Positions 1-10,529 are shown, counted from the stretch's first letter. The stretch is DNA of 64,000 nucleotides from Bdellovibrionales bacterium (GCA_050249195.1 JBFWQY010000022.1:18720-82719); one strand, 5' to 3'. Translations and numbers: made by a program. The notes: a model not told the origin generated them from the sequence alone.

Positions 1-640
1 CGAACCTGCGCAGATTGTGGAGAATGCCATTCGTATTGACTCGGTCACGCTCTCTCGCGTGAGTCGAACCTCGGCCAACCGGGTGATCGCTCGGGTGACG
101 GTCAGAGCGTCCAAGGTGGGTAGCCCTCTCGGATCAAACGAAATGAGTCAAAGTTTTCCCATTTACGCGCTTACGGACGACAGTGGCGAAATCGTCTCCT
201 GTTACGGAACCTTCAGCAATGGCGGAAACACAACGGCCCAACAGCTCACATGCGAGTTGATCAGTGGCGGACAAAGCTTTTGGGATCCTGTGACCAATCG
301 GTGCGTGGCGCGGTACTACACGAAATGTTTTCCGGGTAGCGACTCCTCCGTCGCGAGCTGCGATCCGAGGACCACATTGGGATTGGTCAGCTGTCGTCCG
401 ACAAGAGTAAGGGACACCTTTTCGGGATCGTTGCACAGAACTTACGAAAACGGGAGGACGATCTCTTCAATTCCACCCGGGGCTGCATTTTGCCAACAGG
501 TCTCCACCTTCAGTGGACAGTGCGTCTACGCGACGGATGCCATCCTGGAGCCGGGAAACGTCTGCGAGCCCTGCTGCAAGATGGACAAGCTCGCGGACGA
601 GTCGACGACTCCTCCGCCAGATACAAACATGGAACGCTAG
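1..640 (+). CDS. Pilin-like exported protein with Cys-rich C-terminus, 5'-truncated by the window edge
   Basis: The frame is open back to the window start. IDSVTL...ARVTVRASK...SQSFPIYALTDDSGEIVSC resembles the globular part of the prepilin-like proteins at 51-52.7 kb, and many Cys follow. Confidence 0.6.
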   Translation, partial: EPAQIVENAIRIDSVTLSRVSRTSANRVIARVTVRASKVGSPLGSNEMSQSFPIYALTDDSGEIVSCYGTFSNGGNTTAQQLTCELISGGQSFWDPVTNRCVARYYTKCFPGSDSSVASCDPRTTLGLVSCRPTRVRDTFSGSLHRTYENGRTISSIPPGAAFCQQVSTFSGQCVYATDAILEPGNVCEPCCKMDKLADESTTPPPDTNMER

Positions 641-654
641 AAGCGACTTCTCGT

Positions 655-1158
655 TTAAACGCCGATTATAATCAGACCCGGATAATGCGGTTTCAGAAAT
701 GAAAAGTAGAGTTGTGGGTGCACGTCCAATGTGAGCCTCTGACCCGTACTTTCACTCGACAACAGCGCCGGCAAACGAACCTCCTGGGGGGTAAACTGCT
801 TTCCATTCTCAAACAGCACTTCCTCCTCGTTCTGGTCCTGGCTGATACAAGGAACGTAAAAGGATTCGATAATCCAAGTCGGTGACAAGAAGCCTTTGAA
901 CGATCCCGCCAATCGAACGAGAGGCGGGCGCATGTAGCGTACGGATGTGGGCCGGTTTTCCGCAGGTGCACACCATTGCATCCACTTGCTCGCACCGAGA
1001 GAGTTTACCCAGTGGAGTTGATTGAGATCGAGCACCAACGCCTTTCCTTCGCTCAACGCCAGCGGTACCAACACGCTGTTTTCGTCGAGGTAGCCACTCA
1101 GGAAATAAATCGTTTGGGTCGAATTCTCGACCCTCTCCAAATTGAATCCTCTATCCAT
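655..1158 (-). CDS. STAS-like (anti-anti-sigma-like) protein
   Basis: LSGYLDENS...LVLDLNQLHWVNSLGASKW matches the STAS 'DLxxvxxINSxG' pattern; IESFYVPC extension; overlaps the upstream gene. Confidence 0.6.
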   Translation of the reverse strand: MDRGFNLERVENSTQTIYFLSGYLDENSVLVPLALSEGKALVLDLNQLHWVNSLGASKWMQWCAPAENRPTSVRYMRPPLVRLAGSFKGFLSPTWIIESFYVPCISQDQNEEEVLFENGKQFTPQEVRLPALLSSESTGQRLTLDVHPQLYFSFLKPHYPGLIIIGV

Positions 1159-1762
1159 TGGTATCCACCACTAACCGTTTGGCCTGGGCATCACTTTCTG
1201 AATTGCTAAGCAAAAGGTCGATTCGCGCCGCTAGCCGTGTCCCCCCATTCGGCAAAGAACGAATCATAAAGTCAGTGGTAAGATCCACCACCAGCTGAAA
1301 ACCGGCCGTCATGCAGATATCCTCACGTTTAAAGACGCTCGATGGATCATTCAGATGGACCCATACCTCGGTCTCGTTCCATTCCATAGCGCAGATAATC
1401 TGATGTCCCGGAAACCGCGGTGGTAGGGACCACACATTGGTCATCAGTTCATCACATGCCGTATAAATGCGAAACCGCTTCGCATCTAGCAGATGAAACG
1501 TGCGGACGACCTGCACCACCTTTTCCAGAATTTCAGCCTTGCAGCCAATATTGTCTAAAGTCCAATGCTCAAACCGAGTCTCGTGGCTCAGTCTTAGACT
1601 TTCCAGAGCGGAGCTTGATTTCAGGAAGACTTCAAGGGGAAGTGATTGTCTGTGATTCGATATAGGGCCCGGTTGGACAAATTGTACGTCCCATCCAAAG
1701 GCGGCGTCCGCCAACTTCCCTGACCAAATCCGAGTCGCCTTTAAGGCCGGATATTCTCCCAT
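1151..1762 (-). CDS. Degenerate HATPase_c / anti-sigma-factor-like ATP-binding protein
   Basis: N-box-like TACDELMTN, VHLNDPSS in the DxG position, AGFQLV in the G2 position, C-terminal GGTRL. Confidence 0.45.
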   Translation of the reverse strand: MGEYPALKATRIWSGKLADAAFGWDVQFVQPGPISNHRQSLPLEVFLKSSSALESLRLSHETRFEHWTLDNIGCKAEILEKVVQVVRTFHLLDAKRFRIYTACDELMTNVWSLPPRFPGHQIICAMEWNETEVWVHLNDPSSVFKREDICMTAGFQLVVDLTTDFMIRSLPNGGTRLAARIDLLLSNSESDAQAKRLVVDTNG

Positions 1763-2119
1763 CCGAAAATATTAACACGCATGCGCTCACTCTAAAAATC
1801 CCACGCCAGATCCTGGCATTTAGTCGCCCGCCGAGGTCATCAATGTGCCGTGTTATTAGGACGATTCTCGGAATTATCCACACGTAATGTGGACTTCCTC
1901 TGGCTCGGGGCCATGGACCTGTGTGCAGACAAGGCTTTCAGCGATTTGCTCAGAATTTAGGCATGATTATATATATGAATTTACAGTGGTTATTACTAAA
2001 ATCAGGAGTTACTTTCAGATGAAAACTGAATTCTTAAATCCGTGCTTCGGACAACGCACAGGAGCATGAGCATCTGCTATGAACTTCGCCGGTCCGTCCA
2101 CTTGCAGAGAGCCTTTAAG

Positions 2120-2932
2120 ATGATGTGGTTGATCGACCTTCTATCCCACCAGGGCCCCAACATTTGCCGCTCCTGGTTATTTGCGAGTCCCTACCGCGAG
2201 CACTACGAGGCCTTCGTGTGTGGAATTTCACTTCCACCATCGGCAAGTAAACAATGGCTTACGGACACCGGATTGATTCACTTGATGGTGGTTTCGGGCG
2301 CTCACCTCCATTTCGTGGAGCGAGGTCTCGGCTGGTTTCCGGTTCCCCTCCGCCTCTCCGCACTGGTGTGGTACAGCTGGCTGACCGGATGGGGAGCTCC
2401 TGTCGTACGTGCCCTGTGCCGGCGCCTATGTGTGGAGGCTATCCGTCCTTGGGGCTGGACCCCACTACAGGTGGAATTCCTCGCAACCTTAGCTCTGCTC
2501 GTTGTGCATCCGCAATGGCTTTGGTCGCGTTCATTTCTTATGAGTTGGATGTGCGCACTGGCACTTCAACTTCCACGTCCGCGCGGACGCTGGTACGGGC
2601 TGCGTTGGCTGGACGTGAGCCTAAAGTGCTATGTCCTACTCTTTGTGTTTGTCCCCAGTTCCCCGTTCACTATGGCATGGAACGCACTCGTGGGGCCACT
2701 CATCGGCGCGCTTCTTTTTCCTGTGACCGTGATGGTTGTCATATGGCCCGCGTTCCAAGTCATAGGAGATGGTCTGTGGTGGATCTTTTTCACATTGCTT
2801 GAACATGGCCCCAAACCGGAGCCCGTCGTAGGGTCGTTGCCTACGACCTCTATTTTTTGGGTTCCTCTCTTTCTGCATTTGGCACTTCTTTATCTCGAGG
2901 TGAAATGGCGGCGCGCCTGGGCGTTTTCCTAA
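2120..2932 (+). CDS. comEC: ComEC/Rec2 competence membrane domain protein
   Basis: TGLIHLMVVSGAHL signature, PVVRA, SFLMSW, several TM segments. Start placed at ATG 2120. Confidence 0.85.
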   Translation: MMWLIDLLSHQGPNICRSWLFASPYREHYEAFVCGISLPPSASKQWLTDTGLIHLMVVSGAHLHFVERGLGWFPVPLRLSALVWYSWLTGWGAPVVRALCRRLCVEAIRPWGWTPLQVEFLATLALLVVHPQWLWSRSFLMSWMCALALQLPRPRGRWYGLRWLDVSLKCYVLLFVFVPSSPFTMAWNALVGPLIGALLFPVTVMVVIWPAFQVIGDGLWWIFFTLLEHGPKPEPVVGSLPTTSIFWVPLFLHLALLYLEVKWRRAWAFS

Positions 2933-3624
2933 TCGTGTGGCTTTGGTTGCTCCCCCTGGGAGAAGTTCCACGTCCCCTAATGGTCGTGTGGAACGTAGGT
3001 CAAGGCCAATGGGTTACAGTACGTGACGAGCGCGGGTGCTGGCATTTTGATGCGGGCGGCGAGTCGGCGCCCTGGCGGCAGGTGATGCGCCTTTGCCGCC
3101 ACTTGCCCAATTATCTCTCTCTCAGTCATTGGGACTGGGACCATATCGGATTTGTAGCTCAGATGGCCTATCATCTTCCCAACACTTGTCTTTTGCACGA
3201 GCCGCCGGGATCCGCCACAGCTCGCAAGGCCCGGATTGTGGAGCGAATCGGCCGCTGCTCGATCCCACCTACCTACCCGTTCTGGGAGAATCCCGCGGTA
3301 ACGGACAGCTCCAACGCCCTCAGCCGCGTTTTGCACTGGCGAGGTATTCTTATTCCGGGCGATTCCACTCGTCATGAAGAGGCAGTTTGGCGACAAACCC
3401 TTGATCTCCGCTCCGTCCGAATTCTTATTCTTGGTCATCATGGAAGCCAAACTTCCACTTCGCGGGAACTTCTCCACACACTGTCTTCCCTGCGAATGGC
3501 CATTGCAAGTAGCCGATACGAGCGGTATGGCCACCCCCATCGGCGCGTGCGGGAAGAGCTCCAGCACGCACACGTTCCTCTGATCACCACGGAGGACTGG
3601 GGGCATATTATAATTTGGCTCTAA
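2905..3624 (+). CDS. ComEC-type metallo-beta-lactamase-fold nuclease domain encoded as a separate ORF
   Basis: NVGQG, DAGG, SHWDWDHIG, GDS, GHHGS, YGHPH motifs; GAGGTG RBS before ATG 2905. Confidence 0.85.
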   Translation: MAARLGVFLIVWLWLLPLGEVPRPLMVVWNVGQGQWVTVRDERGCWHFDAGGESAPWRQVMRLCRHLPNYLSLSHWDWDHIGFVAQMAYHLPNTCLLHEPPGSATARKARIVERIGRCSIPPTYPFWENPAVTDSSNALSRVLHWRGILIPGDSTRHEEAVWRQTLDLRSVRILILGHHGSQTSTSRELLHTLSSLRMAIASSRYERYGHPHRRVREELQHAHVPLITTEDWGHIIIWL

Positions 3625-3642
3625 GGAGATCAGCCCCCCTAT

Positions 3643-4752
3643 TTAGGCTGGACGGTAAGGCCGATACTCCATTCCCAAATCTTTGGCTACAGGCTCATAG
3701 GTGATGTACCCGTTGTAAACATTCAGTCCCTTGAAGAGACAGGGATCTTTAGCGATCGCGTCCTCAACGCCCATCTCGGCCAACATGGACGCATACCGGA
3801 TGGTCGCGCTCGTCAGCGCGTACGTGGAGGTTCGCGCCACCACACCCGGCATATTGGGCACGCAGTAATGAATCACGCCATCCACCTCGTACGTGGGATG
3901 GGTGTGACTCGTGGGTCGACAGGTCTCGATGCATCCACCTTGGTCCACAGCCACATCCACGACCACACTGCCAGCGGCCATTGACTTAACCATGGCTTTG
4001 GTGACGAGGGTCGGGGCCTTATGGCCGGTGATCAAAACCGCGCCTACAAGCAGATCACACTCCGCCACCGTGCGCTCGATATTCTGCATATTGGAATAGA
4101 GTGTGGAGATTCGACCTTGGAAAATATGGTCCAGATATTCAAGGCGCGCGCGGTTAACATCCAGGATGGTGACCTGGGCGCCAAGGCCCACAGCCATTTT
4201 AGCCGCGTTCACGCCAACCACACCACCGCCGACAATCGCGACCTTTCCTCTTTCCACGCCCGTCACGCCGCCCAGAAGGATACCTTTTCCGCCATGATCT
4301 TTTTGCAGGTAATAAGCGCCAATTTGAGTGGCCATGCGCCCGGCCACCTCGCTCATCGGAGTCAGAAGGGGGAGCGAGCCGTCTGGTAGTTGAATGGTTT
4401 CATAAGCCACGGCCTTCACCTTGCGTTCCGCAAGAACGCGCGTGAGCTTTGGCTCGGCCGCCAAATGAAGATAGGTATAGAGAATCTGACCTTCACGCAT
4501 AAGAGCATATTCATCCGGAAGAGGCTCTTTGACCTTTACAATCATTTCCGCTTTCGCATACACGTCGCTTTTCGTGGGAAGGATCTTGGCGCCCGCGCGC
4601 TCATAGTCTTCGTTGGTGATCCCGCTGCCCGTCCCGGCATCCGTTTCAACGTAAACGGTGTGTCCTTCACTCACCAACTGTTTGACGCCGGCCTCAGTCA
4701 GGCCGACCCGGTTCTCGCTAATCTTTATTTCCTTGGGAACCCCAATGATCAT
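3643..4752 (-). CDS. ald: Alanine dehydrogenase
   Basis: [44 protein letters not shown]. Confidence 0.97.
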   Translation of the reverse strand: MIIGVPKEIKISENRVGLTEAGVKQLVSEGHTVYVETDAGTGSGITNEDYERAGAKILPTKSDVYAKAEMIVKVKEPLPDEYALMREGQILYTYLHLAAEPKLTRVLAERKVKAVAYETIQLPDGSLPLLTPMSEVAGRMATQIGAYYLQKDHGGKGILLGGVTGVERGKVAIVGGGVVGVNAAKMAVGLGAQVTILDVNRARLEYLDHIFQGRISTLYSNMQNIERTVAECDLLVGAVLITGHKAPTLVTKAMVKSMAAGSVVVDVAVDQGGCIETCRPTSHTHPTYEVDGVIHYCVPNMPGVVARTSTYALTSATIRYASMLAEMGVEDAIAKDPCLFKGLNVYNGYITYEPVAKDLGMEYRPYRPA

Positions 4753-4842
4753 AAATTGCTCCTTAAAAATGGCGAAATGGCGTGAGCTTAAAGTTCTAGC
4801 CTTCGGCGGAATGACCGTCAACGGGATGAGAGGATTAAGACC

Positions 4843-5751
4843 TCACTTCCACATCCATCGGGTGTGAGATTCAACGTATGTTTCCGGCAGATCGGCACCG
4901 AGTTCAATATGTCGGTAACGATCTGGGGAACCGAGGATCTTTCGAACAAGCCGGTTCATCAAATCATGCCCAGCTTTATGAAGCACCACATGCCCCATCA
5001 GGGGCATCCCGAGGGTCACCAGGTCCCCCAGCGCATCCAGAACCTTGTGCCGCACGAATTCATTCTCCCAACGGAGTCCGCCCGGATTTAGGACCTCGGC
5101 ATGGTCCAATACGATGGCATTATCGAGGCTCCCTCCCCGAGCTAATCCTCTGGCGCGCATGGCCTCCACATCCTTCAAAAAACCAAAGGTACGGGCGCGC
5201 GCGATCTCGCGCGCAAACGAGGCTTCGGTGACCTCAATATCAAAGGTCTGCAGGCCAATGCGGGGATGGGAAAACTCAATGGTGCAGGTGACGCGAAGGC
5301 CATTGTAGGGGACCACATAAGCATGTTTTTCCTGATCGCCCTGAAAGATGGGTTGGGTAATATAAGCATAACGTCGCGGTTCGCTTTGTTCCGCCAGTCC
5401 GGCGCTGAGAATCGCATCGAGAAAGGCGGCCGCGCTGCCATCCCCGATCGGGATTTCGGGCCCATCCAATTCAATAAAGAGGTTATCGATGCGAAGGGCC
5501 GCTAGCGCGGACAGACAATGTTCAACGGTTGAAACCGAAAAGGCCTCCCCTCCCAAGGTGGTGGCCATGGTGGTTGCCGTCACACGTTCGGCTTGGGTCG
5601 AAATCGCCGGACTGCCAGGAAGATCGCGCCTGACAAAATAAATTCCCGTACCCTCGGGAGCAGGACAAAAGGTGAGTTTAGCTGGAGCTCCGGTATGCAA
5701 CCCGATGCCCTCGACCGTGGTCCGCTGGCGAATGGTTCGTTGTAAGAACAT
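4843..5751 (-). CDS. lpxC: UDP-3-O-acyl-N-acetylglucosamine deacetylase
   Basis: QRTI..GIGLHTG, TVEHCLSAL, DGSA, ARTFGF, RHKVLDALGDL, KAGH. Confidence 0.97.
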   Translation of the reverse strand: MFLQRTIRQRTTVEGIGLHTGAPAKLTFCPAPEGTGIYFVRRDLPGSPAISTQAERVTATTMATTLGGEAFSVSTVEHCLSALAALRIDNLFIELDGPEIPIGDGSAAAFLDAILSAGLAEQSEPRRYAYITQPIFQGDQEKHAYVVPYNGLRVTCTIEFSHPRIGLQTFDIEVTEASFAREIARARTFGFLKDVEAMRARGLARGGSLDNAIVLDHAEVLNPGGLRWENEFVRHKVLDALGDLVTLGMPLMGHVVLHKAGHDLMNRLVRKILGSPDRYRHIELGADLPETYVESHTRWMWK

Positions 5752-5778
5752 GAGTCGTCCCTTTACACAGGCTAGATA

Positions 5779-5794
5779 TACAAGCTCCGTGCCG
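5779..5794 (-). promoter_or_regulatory. Possible sigma-54 promoter upstream of lpxC
   Basis: Minus strand CGGCACGGAGCTTGTA versus consensus TGGCACG-N4-TTGCW; the -12 GC is GT here. Confidence 0.35.
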
Positions 5795-5925
5795 TAACAG
5801 TTGAGTGCGATTTTACTGATTCAATAGAAATAAAGTATGGGAACAACGGAGACCAGACAATTGTCCAGCATCAAGTCGATAGGTTTTTTTGGCACAAGCG
5901 TGGCGAAAATCACGCACCTCGAACT

Positions 5926-6261
5926 TTGACGTATCGCGTTAACAAGGCGACCAACGATTCTCTCGCACCCTGTGCTACACTAGGCAAAGTGTTACGTTTA
6001 TTTACGCCAATACTCCTTATCACGATCCCTTTGTTCGTCACGGCCTGTGGGACTCAAAGTCCTTATATGCTCCCGGAATCGGATACCGCCAGCACGGCTC
6101 CCGGCGAAGCCTTTACGGCTACGGGAATGCACTTTCGTAAGCCGATGCCCGACCGGCGTGAATGGAAGCCCTGGGAATTCTACTACAAACATTGCGCGAG
6201 CAGTGGCGAAGGTTCCTACTATTCCAAAACCTCTTACACTTGTAGTGGGCCTTATTACTAG
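5926..6261 (+). CDS. Small putative lipoprotein
   Basis: Hydrophobic stretch ending in lipobox-like FVTAC; WEFYYKHC...YTCSGPYY. True start may be ~5989. Confidence 0.6.
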   Translation: MTYRVNKATNDSLAPCATLGKVLRLFTPILLITIPLFVTACGTQSPYMLPESDTASTAPGEAFTATGMHFRKPMPDRREWKPWEFYYKHCASSGEGSYYSKTSYTCSGPYY

Positions 6262-6426
6262 CCCATCCCCTTATCAGCCCTCACCGCCCAGACGATTGAA
6301 ACCGCGAGGGGTCTCGTGCCCTCGCCCCCAATGGAAGCGATTGGGCCCGAAGGTCTCCACCAGAAGGTCTATAGTTGCCACACCGCGCTCCACATGCTAA
6401 TGCCGCGAATCAGTGGAGGTGAGAAG

Positions 6427-6828
6427 ATGAAAAAAGGGGTTCTGTTGATTCTGGTCGCTTTCGGGGCATGCACAGCCGGGGCCGAATTCAAAAATTTCGC
6501 CTGCCTGGGCGACCGCCTGAGTTTCTGGTTGGACGTTAAGGATGGAAGGTTGATGTTGGTCAGCGGACCCAACGCTGTAAGTTTCAGCGACATCGAGAGC
6601 GATCCTGCCCCCACTCCCATGGGACGTCAGGAGACCTGGAGCTATAAATCTCCTGCTGGGACTGAAGTGATTATTTCATCTGAAATTTGCAGCGATAATG
6701 TTACGGATAATGATTACCCATACAGCCTGACCTATGTGGTATCTGGACGTAAATGGTATGGCTGCTGCTCCCCCTGGGCTCCGCACGTGTTCTCTGATTT
6801 TCACGAGCTCGATCCCGCCGCACCCTAA
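6427..6828 (+). CDS. Exported hypothetical protein with CSD..D..YPY...GCC motif (COG3650-like)
   Basis: Signal peptide MKKGVLLILVAFGACTAGA; GGAGG RBS; ICSDNVTDNDYPYSLT..WYGCC. Confidence 0.65.
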   Translation: MKKGVLLILVAFGACTAGAEFKNFACLGDRLSFWLDVKDGRLMLVSGPNAVSFSDIESDPAPTPMGRQETWSYKSPAGTEVIISSEICSDNVTDNDYPYSLTYVVSGRKWYGCCSPWAPHVFSDFHELDPAAP

Positions 6829-6842
6829 ATTCGGGCAATTCG

Positions 6843-6869
6843 GGACCCCGCAAACCTACGCGGGGTCTC
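6843..6869. terminator. GC-rich hairpin between convergent genes
   Basis: GACCCCGC-aaacctac-GCGGGGTC inverted repeat. Confidence 0.55.
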
Positions 6870-6891
6870 CTCCTGCTGTTTTATCTCTGAT

Positions 6892-8778
6892 TTAGGGTTG
6901 CATACTCGCCTCGGCAATCGGTGATTTCTCCCACCAGCTAATAACAGCGCTTGTTCCCGGTCGCTCTTGCGACTCCATATAACCAAAGCGGTTCCAGTAC
7001 GCAAAATAGGATCTATCGAAGGTCCATTGGGGCCCATAAAACTGGCCCCACATCATAACCCGGTCCAACGCGCGCGAGACGGTCACCACTTCGGAACGTG
7101 TTTGCGCCTCGATGATCTTACGGACCAGACCATCAATAGCGGGATGAGCCACGCCCGGCGTGTTCCAGGATCCTGGTTCACTGGCGCCGGCCGAGCCCAA
7201 CAAATTCAATTGCTCATTGCCCGGTGACTCGTAGCCAAACGCACCACCAAGATACGCATCGAAATCTCGGTATTCAATCCGCTTCGTAAACTGTGAGGAA
7301 TCAACGGTTCGGACAGAAGCCTCTATTCCAGCTCGATTCAGCATATTGGCATAGAACAAGAATAGGCGCTCTTCCGAGCGCCGCCGGCTCAAAAACTCCA
7401 GCCGGACAGGTCGGCGTGTATCGGGATCTATCACCTTCATTCGATAGGGGCTTTCCGGAGAGGTCTCCACAAAATAGCCGGCCTCTTTAAAAAGATCGAG
7501 GGCTCTTCTAATGCGATCACGGGTATTTCCTTTCGGGACCTGATACTCGGCGGTAAAGACTTCGGGGGGAAGGAGATGGCGATAAGGTTCAAGCAGGCGA
7601 AGTTCATCGGGCGATGGGAGCCCGGTCGCTTGCTGTTCAAATGAGCCAGCAAAATAGCTTCTCGCGGGGGTCGCCTGACCCACAAGGTAATCGCGGTTAT
7701 ACCGTTCAAAATCGAACAGGATCGTGAAAGCCCGTCGGACCTCATACCGCTTGAAAAGGGGCTGGCGTAAATTGAACACTATCCCCTCAGTGCCTTGCGC
7801 CCGTGCCGGCTTGGCCACTTCTAACTTTCTCACTCGATCCTCTCGGGCAGCAGGAAAATCATATTCTTGCAACCAACGTATGGCGCGATCCTCCCAAAAC
7901 ATATCTATTATTCCGCGCTTAAACGCTTCAAATACAACAGCTTGGTCGAAATAATAGTCGATGATAATTCGGTCAAAGTTATAGAGGCCTTTCTGCACGG
8001 GCAGATTCTCCGACCAATGATTCTTGACCCGCTCCAGAACAATTCGGCGGCCAGGATCCACTTCCACGATTCTGTAAGGTCCGCTGGACAAGGGTGGAAC
8101 CAAGTTGGCATTCTTAAATGGCACTTTGTCGTCGCCGTAGTAATGCTTGGGGAGTATGTGCATGCTCCCTAAGACTATTGGCAGCTCCCGATTTTTGTTG
8201 GATCGGAACCGAAAGAGGATTCGGTGCGGGGAGAGAACTCGAACTTCGGAAACATCCGCAGTTTGCTCCGCGAACGCAGGACCAGCAGCCTTTGAACGGA
8301 GCACATCAAAAGAGAACTGGACGTCTTCGGCGGTTATGGGAGCGCCATCATTCCAACGCGCTTCCGGCCGCAAATTGATGATCATCCAGCTGCGGTCGTC
8401 CGCAATTTCATAATCCTTCGCCACCAGGGGGTAATACGTCCAGCCGTCGTCGTCAGGTGCCGAGTAGGATAACCGCTGGTGAATCCAATCCCATCCTAAA
8501 CCCTTAGGGGTATTTCCCTTTATGACAAAGAAATTTAGGCTATCAAACGCGCCCTCAGCGCCAAGACGCAAGGTCCCCCCTTTAGGAGCATCCGGATTGG
8601 CTAAGGCAAAATGCTTAAAATCAGGAGGATACCGAATCTTGTTTAAGTAACTGAGTGCATAGACCTTCTGACTCAGACCGAGATCGATCGCGGCCTCGTC
8701 AGCCCAAAGTTTCAGGGGCGTCCAAGAGATCAACAGCGCAACAAGGGCTATAAGGCCATTAAGTTGAGTATTCGTCAT
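6892..8778 (-). CDS. ABC transporter peptide-binding protein, family 5 (YejA-like)
   Basis: KYPPDFKHF-like start, NPDAPKGGTL, FDSLNFF, ARWNDGAPITAEDV, SGPYRI, GLYNFDRI, RALDRVMMWG. Confidence 0.9.
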   Translation of the reverse strand: MTNTQLNGLIALVALLISWTPLKLWADEAAIDLGLSQKVYALSYLNKIRYPPDFKHFALANPDAPKGGTLRLGAEGAFDSLNFFVIKGNTPKGLGWDWIHQRLSYSAPDDDGWTYYPLVAKDYEIADDRSWMIINLRPEARWNDGAPITAEDVQFSFDVLRSKAAGPAFAEQTADVSEVRVLSPHRILFRFRSNKNRELPIVLGSMHILPKHYYGDDKVPFKNANLVPPLSSGPYRIVEVDPGRRIVLERVKNHWSENLPVQKGLYNFDRIIIDYYFDQAVVFEAFKRGIIDMFWEDRAIRWLQEYDFPAAREDRVRKLEVAKPARAQGTEGIVFNLRQPLFKRYEVRRAFTILFDFERYNRDYLVGQATPARSYFAGSFEQQATGLPSPDELRLLEPYRHLLPPEVFTAEYQVPKGNTRDRIRRALDLFKEAGYFVETSPESPYRMKVIDPDTRRPVRLEFLSRRRSEERLFLFYANMLNRAGIEASVRTVDSSQFTKRIEYRDFDAYLGGAFGYESPGNEQLNLLGSAGASEPGSWNTPGVAHPAIDGLVRKIIEAQTRSEVVTVSRALDRVMMWGQFYGPQWTFDRSYFAYWNRFGYMESQERPGTSAVISWWEKSPIAEASMQP

Positions 8779-8895
8779 GGGTGTCACGAGTAAGCAAACT
8801 CTGGGCCCCAATTGACCCGTAAGCCAATCGATACGAACACACGAGAGCGAGAGTCGGCGGTCGAATGCCTGCACCTGCTGCCATGAACGCGGGAC

Positions 8896-9930
8896 TTAGC
8901 CCTCGAGATCACGGATACCGGAAGCCGGTGCCTCGGCTCCCCGCAAGTGAATCCGACACGTCTCCGTGATCACGCGCCCGCGCGGCGTCTTCTGGAGCAA
9001 TCCCTCTTGCAGCAAAAAGGGTTCGTAAACCTCCTCTAATGTATCCGACTCCTCACTTAAGGCCGCGGAAAGCGTATCGATTCCCACTGGGCCGCCGCCA
9101 AAGCGGTCGAGGATCAGCGAGAGAATGCGGCGATCCATTGGATCGAGGCCGAGTTGATCCACTTCCAGCTCATTTAACGCATACTCGGCCAGCTCGGCAC
9201 TCACTTGGCCGTTGCCGTGCACATCCGCATAGTCGCGCACGCGCCGGAGCAGGCGATTCGCCACACGCGGAGTGCCGCGCGAACGCCGGGCGATCTGTAA
9301 AGCGCCCTCGCTGGTCAGATTCATATTTAGCAGAGCGGCTGAACGCTGAAGGATATGAACCAGCGAATCACGGTCGTAAAATGTGAGTCGCTCCACGATG
9401 CCGAAGCGATCGCGGAAGGGGGCCTTGAGCAAACCCGCCCGTGTTGTGGCGCCCACCAAAGTGAAAGGATTGAGTTGGAAGCGCATGCTGCGCGCCCCGA
9501 GCCCCTCCCCGGTTACAATATCAATGTAATAGTCCTCCATGGCACTGTAGAGGTACTCCTCCACATCGCGGTTGAGGCGATGGATCTCATCGATAAAGAA
9601 GACCGACCCTGGACGCAACGATGTGAGAATTGCCGCTAAATCTCCTTTGCGATGAAGGGCGGGACCCGAGGTCGAGGTGAAATCCGCTTCCATCGTATTG
9701 GCCAGAATATGAGCCAAAGTGGTCTTACCCAGCCCCGGGGGACCACAAAGGAGAACATGGTCCATGGGCTCGCCGCGCATTTTCGCGGCCTGAGTAAAGA
9801 CCTGCAACTTTTGCTTGACCTTGTCTTGGCCCGGAAATTCTGCAAACGCCTTGGGACGCAGGCTCACCTCAAGCCCGTGGTCCTCAGGCTTCTTTTCCGC
9901 GTCGATAAAACGGTCGAATTCCACGTCCAC
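8896..9930 (-). CDS. ruvB: Holliday junction branch-migration helicase RuvB
   Basis: LRPK..EFPGQ, GPPGLGKTT, FIDEIHR, GATTRAG, SRGTPRVANRLL, TPRGR. Confidence 0.98.
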   Translation of the reverse strand: MDVEFDRFIDAEKKPEDHGLEVSLRPKAFAEFPGQDKVKQKLQVFTQAAKMRGEPMDHVLLCGPPGLGKTTLAHILANTMEADFTSTSGPALHRKGDLAAILTSLRPGSVFFIDEIHRLNRDVEEYLYSAMEDYYIDIVTGEGLGARSMRFQLNPFTLVGATTRAGLLKAPFRDRFGIVERLTFYDRDSLVHILQRSAALLNMNLTSEGALQIARRSRGTPRVANRLLRRVRDYADVHGNGQVSAELAEYALNELEVDQLGLDPMDRRILSLILDRFGGGPVGIDTLSAALSEESDTLEEVYEPFLLQEGLLQKTPRGRVITETCRIHLRGAEAPASGIRDLEG

Positions 9931-9962
9931 TCAGGTCTCCCTTCTCAATCTCGTCCTATCTT

Positions 9963-10529
9963 CTAACTCGTGAGGGCGGAAAGCCCCTGGCGCAATCCGG
10001 ACTCCAGATCGGTGTTCGGAGACATGCGATCCACGACCTGCTCCACATCGCCCAGTCGGAATCCCAGGTTCACCAGCGCCGAAACAATCTGCGGTCGGGC
10101 CACAAAGCGCGTCCCACCAGGGCTCTCGACGCGCACAAGTTTCCCTTGCAGGGTTAACACGATCTGCTCCGCGGATTTCTTCCCGATCTTGGGAAGCTTC
10201 GAAAGGGCTCCGGCGTTGGCATCCTCAATCCATTGTACGATCTGGGATGTTGGCGCGCCGGAGAGAATCTGAGTCGCCGACTTGGGACCGATTCCATTCA
10301 CCTTGAGAAGATTCAAAAACAAGGCGCGCTCAAGCTCCGTTGAAAAACCAAAAAGTTGAAGCGCATCCTCACGCACGTGAGTATGGACCCATGTCTCGAC
10401 AAAAGATTTCCCTTCGAAATCCTGCAGGGTTTGCGTTGAGCAGAGCAGCTCATAGCCCACACCTTGCACAAGCAAAATCATATGGTCGGCCCCAAAACGC
10501 ATGGGGCGCCCTTGCAGATACGCGATCAT
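9963..10529 (-). CDS. ruvA: Holliday junction DNA-binding protein RuvA
   Basis: MIAYLQG, GVGYE, HVRED..LFGF, VNGIGPK, PKIGKKSA, ALVNLGF. Confidence 0.97.
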   Translation of the reverse strand: MIAYLQGRPMRFGADHMILLVQGVGYELLCSTQTLQDFEGKSFVETWVHTHVREDALQLFGFSTELERALFLNLLKVNGIGPKSATQILSGAPTSQIVQWIEDANAGALSKLPKIGKKSAEQIVLTLQGKLVRVESPGGTRFVARPQIVSALVNLGFRLGDVEQVVDRMSPNTDLESGLRQGLSALTS

